DNA of 64,000 nt from a virus. Under the pieces are notes generated by a model. That model did not search any database. It saw only the letters and a program-made list of their open reading frames with translations, and had not been told where the DNA came from. This document shows positions 9,952 to 17,509 of this stretch, piece after piece. Where the stretch lies: IMG/VR virus record IMGVR_UViG_3300013103_000001, positions 5,424 to 69,423 of that record; one strand, 5' to 3'. Made by a program: the position numbers and the translations under genes. Every line of letters begins with the position of its first letter. The first letter of the stretch is position 1.

Positions 9952-10413
9952 TCAGTCCATTAATTTTAAGAAAATAGGGCTGTGAGAAAGCTTAGTCGAG
10001 AGGTATCTCTCTTCATCCTCAGACAAGAGGCCCATACGCACTAGAGCGTCAAGATCTGGGCTTTCTTTGATCTCCCATTCGTCCATCCAATCTAGTTTTT
10101 GGTCCACAAACATAGGTTCGACAGTAGAAAAATTATACTCGAATATTTTCATGAACTCCTTTGTGTCTTTGTCTAACTTTGCCCACTCTTCCTTGAATTT
10201 TTCAGGGAATTTTTCTGCACTTTGTAAGAGCTCGTCTAACTCACAATTAAATAACTTCGTACCTCCTGAGTACGCAGTCACAGTACCATCTGCTTCTATA
10301 GCAAACTTGAGGTCGTTTATTTCTTTCTCTAATGCGGACCTCGCTAAGTTTATTACTGAGAGAACTGGCTTTATACTAGCTTCTAAGTTCTTTGTACGGC
10401 TCGGCTTTGACAT
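9952..10413 (-). CDS. Hypothetical protein with MSKP leader (MSKPSRTK)
   Basis: ATG 10413 preceded by GTGA RBS; wHTH-like C-terminus (LDALVRMGLLSE). Confidence 0.7.
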   Translation of the reverse strand: MSKPSRTKNLEASIKPVLSVINLARSALEKEINDLKFAIEADGTVTAYSGGTKLFNCELDELLQSAEKFPEKFKEEWAKLDKDTKEFMKIFEYNFSTVEPMFVDQKLDWMDEWEIKESPDLDALVRMGLLSEDEERYLSTKLSHSPIFLKLMD

Positions 10414-10514
10414 TTTAATCACTTTATATGTTTTATGATATAAAGCAATTAATAAATCTATCTCAAAAAAAAGAATTTGGAGCTCGCGCCAAATGTATGT
10501 AGGGGGATTCTGAG

Positions 10515-10680
10515 TATAAAAATAAAAAAAGAGGGAGGATTTCGGACGCGAGTTTCTCCTTGAGCGCAGTCTTTCGAGCTAGAGCGCTCGCATGACCTTT
10601 GTGAGGCGCTTTCGTCCCAGAGCCTGCGTGCAGCTAACGACAAAAAAAAGAAGTGATACACGCAAGTCTCTTTCATATTA
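10515..10680 (-). ncRNA. Candidate structured non-coding RNA
   Basis: Downstream of a TGTTCAAAAA+TATA promoter; several complementary stems; ends in a U-tract; the overlapping ORF is not protein-like. Confidence 0.35.
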
Positions 10681-10699
10681 ATCAATACACAACTGGTCA

Positions 10700-10728
10700 T
10701 ATATAAACTTTTCTATCTTTTTTGAACA
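10700..10728 (-). promoter_or_regulatory. Promoter: TGTTCAAAAAAG, purine-rich BRE, TTTATATA
   Basis: Minus strand reads TGTTCAAAAAAGATAGAAAAGTTTATATA. Confidence 0.7.
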
Positions 10729-10751
10729 GATAAGAGCCAAAAATGCGGCTT

Positions 10752-11768
10752 TCAAGCAGTGGCCTCCGATTTTGAGCGCGGTATCCCGGCTATTGGAGGA
10801 GCGGACCCTAGCTCTTTTTTCAAGCGGAGCACAGCGCGACTCAAATCGAGGGGTCTGGTTATCGGGAAGCGCTTTTCGAGTTTTTGGAGCGGGTCTATTA
10901 CTATTAAATTAGTGTTAGGGACAGTTATAAGAAATGGGAACGGCCCTTTATGTTTTTGGAGAGGAGGAGAGCGAGTTATTCGAGTTTTCAAAGAGTCTTT
11001 CAAGAGCAAGAGGAAATAGTCAATTCCTTTGAATTTAGGGAGAGACCCTAAGAGAGAGAAAAGGGAGAGAAATTTTTTAGGAGAGTATATATCTTTGATG
11101 CATATTGAAGTCGAGCTATCGAAAAAGAAACTTAGTCTAGAGTCGATAACCCTAGCTAGGTCTGTGAGGACAGAGTGCAGAGTCGAGGTGTCTTCACTCT
11201 CGAACTCTACCTTTAAGAACGGCGAGAAGTGCTTATCGAAATAAAAATGAGGAAAGCTGATCTTAAAGCGCTCGCATAGCTCTGCTCTCTCTTTAGAGTA
11301 TATCTTTTTATTTAGTTTAGAGATATACTCGTCGAGCTCGTCGTGCACGTCGACTGCTCCTCTCGCTAACTCTAAGAGCGCGTTTTGAGGAGCGTTGACA
11401 GCAGGAGTCTTCGCAGCAGCTTTGCCCGCAGCGTAGAAGAACTCAGGTTTCGTCCTCTGGGAAGCGTCGCTTAAAGCTATCTTGAATATCCAAAAAATAG
11501 AGATAAATTGCAGAGTAGGGACTTCTGGACGAGGGACATAAGCTGTGTCGTTTTTGTCGAAAATGAGCTCGACTTTGACTGAGTCTCTACTTTCGTCTTT
11601 AAAGACCTCTTCGACTCGAGACATTAAGCGACTTATCGCGAGCTCTCTTACTTGTGTGAAGTCCCTTTTGTCTACTAGAGCGACGAGTTCTTTGCCTCTT
11701 ATCACTAGTTTAACGAGGTGTGACTCTAAGACTTCAGGGATTAGAGCTTTGTCTAGTTCGACCATCAC
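10752..11768 (-). CDS. Hypothetical protein, distant member of the 17490-23960 paralog family
   Basis: IKDIYSPKKFLSLFSLLGSLPKFKGI matches the family module (e.g. LENPFLPSVFNRLCVGLGFLPKIEGI). Confidence 0.65.
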   Translation of the reverse strand: MMVELDKALIPEVLESHLVKLVIRGKELVALVDKRDFTQVRELAISRLMSRVEEVFKDESRDSVKVELIFDKNDTAYVPRPEVPTLQFISIFWIFKIALSDASQRTKPEFFYAAGKAAAKTPAVNAPQNALLELARGAVDVHDELDEYISKLNKKIYSKERAELCERFKISFPHFYFDKHFSPFLKVEFESEDTSTLHSVLTDLARVIDSRLSFFFDSSTSICIKDIYSPKKFLSLFSLLGSLPKFKGIDYFLLLLKDSLKTRITRSPPLQKHKGPFPFLITVPNTNLIVIDPLQKLEKRFPITRPLDLSRAVLRLKKELGSAPPIAGIPRSKSEATA

Positions 11769-12064
11769 CTAAAAGACACTCCAACGTCGTACAAAGTCTT
11801 GTCAGAGGGTTTAGGGTAAATAATTATATACTCAGTCAAAATACCGTATTTTTTTGCGTCCTCTGGCTCTACTAAGACGTAAAGTTCCTTTATTTTGCCT
11901 TTAAAATCGGCAGTGTGACTCGTGAGGACTCCTTTTACTGAAATCCCTGGAGAGAGCTCTACTATTACTTTGTTAGTCGGACAGCTGTCGAGAGCTGTTT
12001 CTATAAGAGGGATCGAAGCTTTCTCCTTTCGTGGAGAGGAGCGAGATTTTTTTGGTCTAGACAT
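11765..12064 (-). CDS. Small protein with MSRP leader, possible Sm/LSm-like fold
   Basis: MSRPKKSRSSPRKEK leader; KVIVELSPGISVKGVL resembles the Sm1 motif. Confidence 0.55.
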   Translation of the reverse strand: MSRPKKSRSSPRKEKASIPLIETALDSCPTNKVIVELSPGISVKGVLTSHTADFKGKIKELYVLVEPEDAKKYGILTEYIIIYPKPSDKTLYDVGVSFR

Positions 12065-12106
12065 ATCGATCACTAAATATATTTATGGAAAAGAGATATA
12101 AAAAAG

Positions 12107-12841
12107 TTATCTAGTGCGGAAAAAGGAAGTCAGGCTCGCAGCATTTTTAAGCCTCCTTAGTTGAGTCACGTAAGCTTTAAAATAACTCAAATTCCTCTTG
12201 ACGTAAATAGGGTGGTACATCGGGTAGACTACGAAGCTTTTATACGTAAGTCTTTTGAGCACTTTTCTTGAAGGAGGGCATTTCTTCCCTACTATCTCTC
12301 TCATAGAGCCGAAATTGCCTATGAAAGTCTTACAAGGTACCCTCCCGAGCGGGACGACGACTTCAGGCCTCATTATCTGGAGTTCTCGGTCTATCACCCA
12401 CATGCACGCTTTAATTTCATCAAGGAGCGGCTCTCTGTTGTTTGGGGTAGAGCAACGGAGGAGATTGCATATATAAACATCTGTTGATATGTTAATTCCA
12501 CTTTTAGAAAGCGCTTGGAAAAAAAGATTCCCAGTTTGACCTCCGTAAAAAGTATAGACGTCGACGTCCTGGTCGTCTAAAGGTTCGTAGTCTTTAAAAT
12601 CGCGAGGTTCTAAAGTAGCTTTGATAGCTTTGACGTTCTTCCCTAGGACCCAACGAGAGCAACTTGGAGCAACTCCGACAAAATAGTATTTAGCGTGCGG
12701 AGACCCGTACCCAAAAAAGGGCCCTAAAGAGTGAAGTCGTGAGTCATAATGGTTTACGTTGAGAGTTTTAAGTTGAGGGCACTTCTTGCACTTTCTGATT
12801 TCACTATTCAATTCTAGAAGTTTTTTCATTTTTTCTATCAT
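12107..12841 (-). CDS. Uracil-DNA glycosylase, family 4-like (Fe-S)
   Basis: CKKCPQL, VGVAP, NLLRCSTPNNREP, C, LG, YHP; PIP-like C-terminus SLTSFF. Confidence 0.88.
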   Translation of the reverse strand: MIEKMKKLLELNSEIRKCKKCPQLKTLNVNHYDSRLHSLGPFFGYGSPHAKYYFVGVAPSCSRWVLGKNVKAIKATLEPRDFKDYEPLDDQDVDVYTFYGGQTGNLFFQALSKSGINISTDVYICNLLRCSTPNNREPLLDEIKACMWVIDRELQIMRPEVVVPLGRVPCKTFIGNFGSMREIVGKKCPPSRKVLKRLTYKSFVVYPMYHPIYVKRNLSYFKAYVTQLRRLKNAASLTSFFRTR

Positions 12842-12905
12842 TAATTAAAAAAAAGAAAAATAGATATTTTAATATTTTTATATATTTCTGTCAAGTCAAA
12901 GGAGC

Positions 12906-13139
12906 TCAGAGCGGACTTTCAGAGATACGTGTAGGGTATTTCGTGTTTTTCTGGAAATTGTAGACAAAGATTTCTGATTTTTCCGGTCTTGGAGAGTAGT
13001 GGTCCTTGCTGTCGTAACAAGAGTCTGCAATGCACGAGAAACAGTTCATTTCGTGGTCTTCTCCGAAAAATAGATAAACGAGGTTCATACAGGACTTGCA
13101 TGGTTCTTTGAGCTCGTTATATAAGTCCTTCATTTTCAT
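12906..13139 (-). CDS. Small Cys-rich hypothetical protein
   Basis: CKSC, CFSC; leaderless start 22 nt after a TTTTTATA box. Confidence 0.6.
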   Translation of the reverse strand: MKMKDLYNELKEPCKSCMNLVYLFFGEDHEMNCFSCIADSCYDSKDHYSPRPEKSEIFVYNFQKNTKYPTRISESPL

Positions 13140-13159
13140 ATTTTATATATAGAAATGAT

Positions 13160-13193
13160 AGTATAAAAATATTTCTCATAACTTTTTTGAACA
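13160..13193 (-). promoter_or_regulatory. Promoter cassette (motif + BRE + TATA), 34 bp identical to 16013-16046
   Basis: Plus strand agtataaaaatatttctcataacttttttgaaca at both sites. Confidence 0.85.
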
Positions 13194-13408
13194 GTTTCAG
13201 CCTGTTGCAGGTGTTGCCCGCAGAAAGATGGGACAAGAAAAAAGAGGACGGCGCACTGCAACAGATTGCTGCTGTCTGTTGTAAACAGGAGATAGAGTCT
13301 TTATATTAAAGTAAGTTCGTCCATCTTTTTTTAATAAAAAAATTTCAATTGAGACCGCCCATTTTCGGAGGCGACCCGCTCTAGGCCTGCTCCTAGAGTA
13401 GCGCACTG

Positions 13409-13591
13409 CTATTCTTTGTAACGCCGAGATTCGATATATCGCAGAAAAGTACGCGCGTCGACTAAAGAGCTGACAAAGTTGTGTTTGTCTTCGCTCTCTG
13501 GTAAGTCGTTAATTGCACTGTTGATACACTTAGTAATGCAGGCGAAAGCTCTAATAAAATTAAAGCCCTCGTCCTCACCGTCATAAGTTAT
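13409..13591 (-). CDS. Unannotated 60-aa ORF (ATA start or -1 frameshift extension of Csx15)
   Basis: ITYDGEDEGFNFIRAFACITKCINSAINDLPESEDKHNFVSSLVDARTFLRYIESRRYKE*; ATA overlaps the Csx15 TAA; T_TTT_TTC at 13603-13609. Confidence 0.45.
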   Translation of the reverse strand: MTYDGEDEGFNFIRAFACITKCINSAINDLPESEDKHNFVSSLVDARTFLRYIESRRYKE

Positions 13592-13974
13592 TTTGAAGAC
13601 GCGAAAAAACGCGAATCTCTCGCAGTTAACCGGACTTTTTGCAAGTCAAAAGTGTTGCTCAACGCAAAACTCCCTGCTTCTGTCCTGTAAGTATACCGGA
13701 TCTTTGGGAAGTGGCCCGATATACCGTGCAAGACTACTAGCATCGTGTTTGAGAGGACTGACATCCCCGGTAAGACAATCTCGTACCGTCCTTTTAAGAT
13801 TTCATCAGTGTACTTCTCATATATAGGTCGTAACAACTGGACGATAGTGTCTATGACTTTCTGAGGAGTGCTCAAGTTTGCTGTCGAGATTTCAGAGTTG
13901 ATAACTTCGTACCCTTTAGGCGTAGTTGGCAGTGGGTGGCCGCTAAAATTAAATAATAATATTTTCTTTGCCAT
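13588..13974 (-). CDS. csx15: Csx15-like protein (putative cyclic oligoadenylate ring nuclease/binder)
   Basis: ILLFNFSGHPL; VLPGMSVLSNTMLVVLHGISGHFP; DLQKVRLTARDSR match Csx15 hallmarks (NFS-HPL, LHGxxGxFP, LQxVRxxARxxR) and family length. Confidence 0.75.
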   Translation of the reverse strand: MAKKILLFNFSGHPLPTTPKGYEVINSEISTANLSTPQKVIDTIVQLLRPIYEKYTDEILKGRYEIVLPGMSVLSNTMLVVLHGISGHFPKIRYTYRTEAGSFALSNTFDLQKVRLTARDSRFFASSK

Positions 13975-14090
13975 TACATATCACCATTACCGTTGCATTC
14001 TTTGCAGGCCCTGATTAGGGCTTTAACGTAGGGTCGTCCTACGTCTACTGTGCTTGGGGACACAGTAGACTCCGTGGTGGCCTTACTCAT
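13974..14090 (-). CDS. 38-aa peptide with CxxC
   Basis: MSKATTESTVSPSTVDVGRPYVKALIRACKECNGNGDM*; ATGA overlap upstream and TAATG overlap with csx15. Confidence 0.45.
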   Translation of the reverse strand: MSKATTESTVSPSTVDVGRPYVKALIRACKECNGNGDM

Positions 14091-14230
14091 TGGAATATCT
14101 TCCCTTTTTCTTCAATAATATTGTTTATGAGGCTTGAAAGTCTTTGCTTAGCCTTAGTTGGAGACACGTCCATCTCCGACCTTATTTGTTGAAGAGTCTT
14201 TATGATTTTCACTTTATTTATTTCTTTCAT
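14087..14230 (-). CDS. 47-aa hypothetical protein
   Basis: MKEINKVKIIKTLQQIRSEMDVSPTKAKQRLSSLINNIIEEKGKIFQ*; first ORF after the 14267-14300 promoter. Confidence 0.55.
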   Translation of the reverse strand: MKEINKVKIIKTLQQIRSEMDVSPTKAKQRLSSLINNIIEEKGKIFQ

Positions 14231-14266
14231 TTTATACACTTTTTTATTATAATTATTGAGCGCGAT

Positions 14267-14300
14267 AGTATAAAAATGTTTCTATCAACTTTTTTGAACA
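14267..14300 (-). promoter_or_regulatory. Promoter cassette variant upstream of the csx15 operon
   Basis: agtataaaaatgtttctatcaacttttttgaaca, same spacing as 13160-13193. Confidence 0.8.
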
Positions 14301-14302
14301 GT

Positions 14303-14340
14303 AAAAAAACAAAAAAAAGAAGAGGACTCGAGTCCTCTTC
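14303..14340 (-). terminator. Palindromic hairpin plus U-tract terminator
   Basis: Perfect 22-bp palindrome GAAGAGGACTCGAGTCCTCTTC (14319-14340) followed on the minus strand by T8-G-T7. Confidence 0.7.
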
Positions 14341-14353
14341 GTAATTAAGACAC

Positions 14354-14638
14354 TCAGTTTTCTTTGTACGATTTAATTATTTTTTCTTTACGCTTCTTTA
14401 TTTCTGTTGAGAAATACTTATAGACTGCAGACCACAGTAAAACGAATGGTATGACACTTAGGACTGCTGTTATTATATTCACAAACACAAAGGAGCAAAA
14501 AAACGCAAAAAAGGCCCAAAAAAATGTCGCCACGTTTATAACTCCTTTTTTACTCTCGAGTTCGTTGACTACAGACTTAATCGACTCGTTTATTTTATAT
14601 TGTTTTAGTCTTTTCTCTTTGTCGTCCGCTTTATTCAC
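14354..14638 (-). CDS. Small 2-TM membrane protein
   Basis: Central hydrophobic hairpin, basic termini. Confidence 0.65.
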   Translation of the reverse strand: MNKADDKEKRLKQYKINESIKSVVNELESKKGVINVATFFWAFFAFFCSFVFVNIITAVLSVIPFVLLWSAVYKYFSTEIKKRKEKIIKSYKEN

Positions 14639-15116
14639 CTTCGTAATCGTCGAACTGCAGTTCTGGGTATTCGATATACCCTTTGACTAAGAACCTAAAC
14701 ATGTCGCTCCTCGGGCGGAATTTACACGGCAGTTTGCAGAACTCTTCTAACTCTATATAAGTACCGCGGTATTTGGACTCATTGGTCTTGTTTTTCGCGC
14801 CGAGGAGTTTAGCGAGGTTCCCTGACACTCCACTTTTCATCGCCTCAGGGAGGCCTAGAGTGTCAATGACGTCCTCAGGTAAAAATAACTGGCCGTCTCG
14901 GAACACTCGCCCGTCGACAAAGTACCCGTCAAACTCTCGAGCGTTGTTCAGAATTGCGGCGAGCAGTTCTGCTGGTAGAGACTTGATAGTCTCGCACAAG
15001 TGCATAATGACTTTTATTCGAGTTGATGGGCTACTCCAGCTATTCCGCACGTCTTCCATCGTGACTCTCAAAAAGAGTATTTTTTCATCTTCGTCTAATT
15101 CTTCTAAATATTCCAT
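14631..15116 (-). CDS. Hypothetical protein
   Basis: 161-aa ORF with GAGGTG RBS; no recognised motif. Confidence 0.7.
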   Translation of the reverse strand: MEYLEELDEDEKILFLRVTMEDVRNSWSSPSTRIKVIMHLCETIKSLPAELLAAILNNAREFDGYFVDGRVFRDGQLFLPEDVIDTLGLPEAMKSGVSGNLAKLLGAKNKTNESKYRGTYIELEEFCKLPCKFRPRSDMFRFLVKGYIEYPELQFDDYEGE

Positions 15117-15287
15117 TTATAACACCTCAAATATCTTCTCGTCGGCGACGAGCTTCGTTATACGCACGCACATAGAATAAAGTTCTAGGTGAGGGATGAT
15201 GTGAGCTTTAAAAAGTTTAGCGAATTCTTGCATCAACACTAACTTACCTGTGTGCTTAATATACACGATTTGCTCGTCCTCGTTCAA
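15117..15287 (-). CDS. 56-aa hypothetical protein (TTG start)
   Basis: MNEDEQIVYIKHTGKLVLMQEFAKLFKAHIIPHLELYSMCVRITKLVADEKIFEVL*; TAA abuts the next ATG. Confidence 0.5.
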   Translation of the reverse strand: MNEDEQIVYIKHTGKLVLMQEFAKLFKAHIIPHLELYSMCVRITKLVADEKIFEVL

Positions 15288-15354
15288 CAGCTCTCTCGCT
15301 TTTCTCTAGGAGTCTTTTTTAACTTGAATTCATATGTCTTTCCTTTCATACATT

Positions 15355-15828
15355 TTACACCTCTCTACAGTCGAAGTGAACAGCCTGGACGCCGCTCATT
15401 TTTTTGTCGATATAGTCGATGATAACGTCGTCGTCGTCGATTACAGTGACGTTTTTGAACTTTTTAGAGATGCTTTTTATAGCGCTTATTTTAAAACTCC
15501 AATATTGTTTATAATACTTTAGGAGAGTAAGCTTAGAATTAAAAGCAGGGTACTCTTTTCTTTTGTCTTTAAAAAAAATGACCTCGTCGAACTCGTACCC
15601 TGCTGTAGAGAGGAGCTCGAGGAGTTTTCGTTCTAAAAACTGGCCTCTCCCTGTGAGGAGGACGTTCACAGAACTATTGTTAAGAGGTATAGGGAGCGAA
15701 GAGCCGTCGACGATATTATCTTCATAGAGCTCGTCGTACTTGTGGTCAGTGTCTCTATAAATAACGTTATCGAAGTCGTAGATAACACAACTACTGTTCT
15801 TTTTCGTTTTTAATTTCACAAAAAACAC
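15355..15828 (-). CDS. HAD-superfamily phosphatase (PNKP/RNA-repair type)
   Basis: Motif I YDFDNVI, motif II LLTGR, K, motif IV IDDD. Confidence 0.8.
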   Translation of the reverse strand: MFFVKLKTKKNSSCVIYDFDNVIYRDTDHKYDELYEDNIVDGSSLPIPLNNSSVNVLLTGRGQFLERKLLELLSTAGYEFDEVIFFKDKRKEYPAFNSKLTLLKYYKQYWSFKISAIKSISKKFKNVTVIDDDDVIIDYIDKKMSGVQAVHFDCREV

Positions 15829-15991
15829 CTTCCTTAAGGACCGATAGACAGTCTTCCGACCAAAAAGCAGCTATTTCGAGGACTTCTCGAAACAATATTC
15901 TTTTTTTTTGCAAAGAAACTCTGTCATATTTTTCCAGGAGAGCTGAGACAACGAACTCTCTCAACTCTCTCACGCTGTCGAACTTTTTCAT
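15791..15991 (-). CDS. Small hypothetical protein
   Basis: Leaderless ATG just downstream of the 16013-16046 promoter. Confidence 0.65.
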   Translation of the reverse strand: MKKFDSVRELREFVVSALLEKYDRVSLQKKRILFREVLEIAAFWSEDCLSVLKEGVFCEIKNEKEQ

Positions 15992-16012
15992 ATTTTTATA
16001 TATAGGAACTAG

Positions 16013-16046
16013 AGTATAAAAATATTTCTCATAACTTTTTTGAACA
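16013..16046 (-). promoter_or_regulatory. Promoter cassette identical to 13160-13193
   Basis: 34-bp exact duplicate. Confidence 0.85.
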
Positions 16047-16060
16047 CGAGAGGAGGAGCA

Positions 16061-16510
16061 CTATTTTAAGAATTTTAGAAAAGTTTTCAAGTCTACAATA
16101 TGAGGAGACCTCTTCCTTAACCAAGGAGGGAGGCCCTCGACGAGCCAATCTCTCCCTTCTTCATTAATAATAACAAAAGGAGAGTTAGGCTTCAATTTTG
16201 TAAAATGATTGATTGTATTAAACGAACCAGACCGAAATTTTCTTTTTTTTATGAAAGCTATGAGAAAATCAGACTCTAAGGCTATGAGTTTATTTCTCTT
16301 GAAATACTCCTCCCTAGAAGGGAAAGAGGGGAGAAAAACTCTAAAGGGTATATTAGACTCTTTAGCATATCTTTCAGCAAACGAGTCTACTCCAACAGCT
16401 CCTCCTGAGACAATCATAACTTTAGCTGTGGAGCACACTTTGTCTAAGATGGAAAAAACTAAGGACGAGTTTCCAAACGTCCTATTTCCTACGACGCCAA
16501 TCTTTATCAT
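16061..16510 (-). CDS. SLOG-family protein (YspA/DUF2493-like)
   Basis: IGVVGNR, IVSGGAVGVDSFAE, KRNKLIA, DFLIAF, SGSFNTI. Confidence 0.85.
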   Translation of the reverse strand: MIKIGVVGNRTFGNSSLVFSILDKVCSTAKVMIVSGGAVGVDSFAERYAKESNIPFRVFLPSFPSREEYFKRNKLIALESDFLIAFIKKRKFRSGSFNTINHFTKLKPNSPFVIINEEGRDWLVEGLPPWLRKRSPHIVDLKTFLKFLK

Positions 16511-16635
16511 TTGGAGCCAATGCCAGCCGGCTAGATAATAAAGAAAAGTGGGAATTCAAACAGGAGAGGATAAACGAGTGCGCCGCTGTACAGAGGTTTC
16601 TCCTCGACTGGGCATAGTTAAATATAACAACAATT

Positions 16636-16669
16636 TGTTTAAAAATCTTTCTATTAACTTTTTTGAACA
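16636..16669 (-). promoter_or_regulatory. Promoter cassette variant
   Basis: Minus strand TGTTCAAAAAAGTTAATAGAAAGATTTTTAAA. Confidence 0.7.
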
Positions 16670-16793
16670 AGGCGAGAGGGAGGCGAACGCCACTCGTCAG
16701 CGAGTGTGAAAAACCGAAAAACTTGCACCCAGGGCTAGGGTCTTAAACTTTATTAAAAAAGAAATATAATTTATAAGCGTGAGGCTTCGGTGT

Positions 16794-16861
16794 GGTCAAG
16801 AAAGTACCCAGCTAATTCTTGAACAAATTAGTTCAAAAATACTGCAGTGCCTTTTTGAACA
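16794..16861. repeat. Array of four alternating inverted half-sites upstream of the resolvase (putative res site)
   Basis: GGTCAAGAA 16794, TTCTTGAAC 16816, GTTCAAAAA 16831, TTTTTGAAC 16852. Confidence 0.6.
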
Positions 16862-16894
16862 ATGTTTTTATATCCTGAAAGCCTACTTTTAATT

Positions 16895-17509
16895 ATGAAA
16901 ATAGTGATCTACGGGCGAGTCTCTACTGACTTGCAAGACATAAAGCCTCAAATAGAAGAGCTGAAAGAGTACGCTTTAAAATTAACAGATGAAAAAAACA
17001 TCAAAATTTTATACGACATAGAGAGCGGAGCAAACTCAAAAAGAAAAGATTATGAGAGCTTAAAAGAGCTCGTCTTCAAAAAAAAAGTGGACTTAGTCTT
17101 AGTTTGGAAACTGGATAGGCTCGCGAGAAACGTAAGAGAGCTGATAGATTTTTTCACTTTATTAGACGAAAACGGAGTTAATATAAAAATCTATACCCAA
17201 AACATTGACACTACGACTCCTACAGGTAAATTAATGTTCTATATAGTCGCTGCTTTCGCTGAGTTTGAGAGGGACTTGATCCGAGAGCGGATCAAATTGG
17301 GGATGCGGAGGACTGAAAAAAAAGTCGGGAGAGCGAGAATTTCAGACGATACGATAAAACAAATATATTTGCTGAGAAAAAAAGGGAAGAGCTACTCTCA
17401 AATAACAAAAGAACTCGAAGTCTCAAAAGGGACTGTTGCTCGATATATTAGGGCAATAGAAACAATTAATATGGTCGTTAGGTTTTTGTTTAGACCTCTG
17501 AATCTATAA
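16895..17509 (+). CDS. Serine recombinase (resolvase/invertase) with C-terminal HTH
   Basis: MKIVIYGRVST (catalytic Ser), Q, SG, VWKLDRLAR, IDTTTPTGKLMF, AEFER, HTH SYSQITKELEVSKGTVARY. Confidence 0.95.
   Translation: MKIVIYGRVSTDLQDIKPQIEELKEYALKLTDEKNIKILYDIESGANSKRKDYESLKELVFKKKVDLVLVWKLDRLARNVRELIDFFTLLDENGVNIKIYTQNIDTTTPTGKLMFYIVAAFAEFERDLIRERIKLGMRRTEKKVGRARISDDTIKQIYLLRKKGKSYSQITKELEVSKGTVARYIRAIETINMVVRFLFRPLNL

Noticed and set aside
10458-10700. 80-aa ORF in the track as a protein
   Set aside because: Its ATG overlaps the TATA box, the frame contains U-tracts and stems, and the composition is not protein-like.
15314-15320. A_AAA_AAG slippery site joining a 21-aa ORF to 15117-15287
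   Set aside because: The -1 frame meets TAG within three codons; a coupled TTG start explains the downstream ORF.
16482-16670. 62-aa minus-strand ORF
   Set aside because: It starts inside the promoter motif and reads through BRE/TATA.
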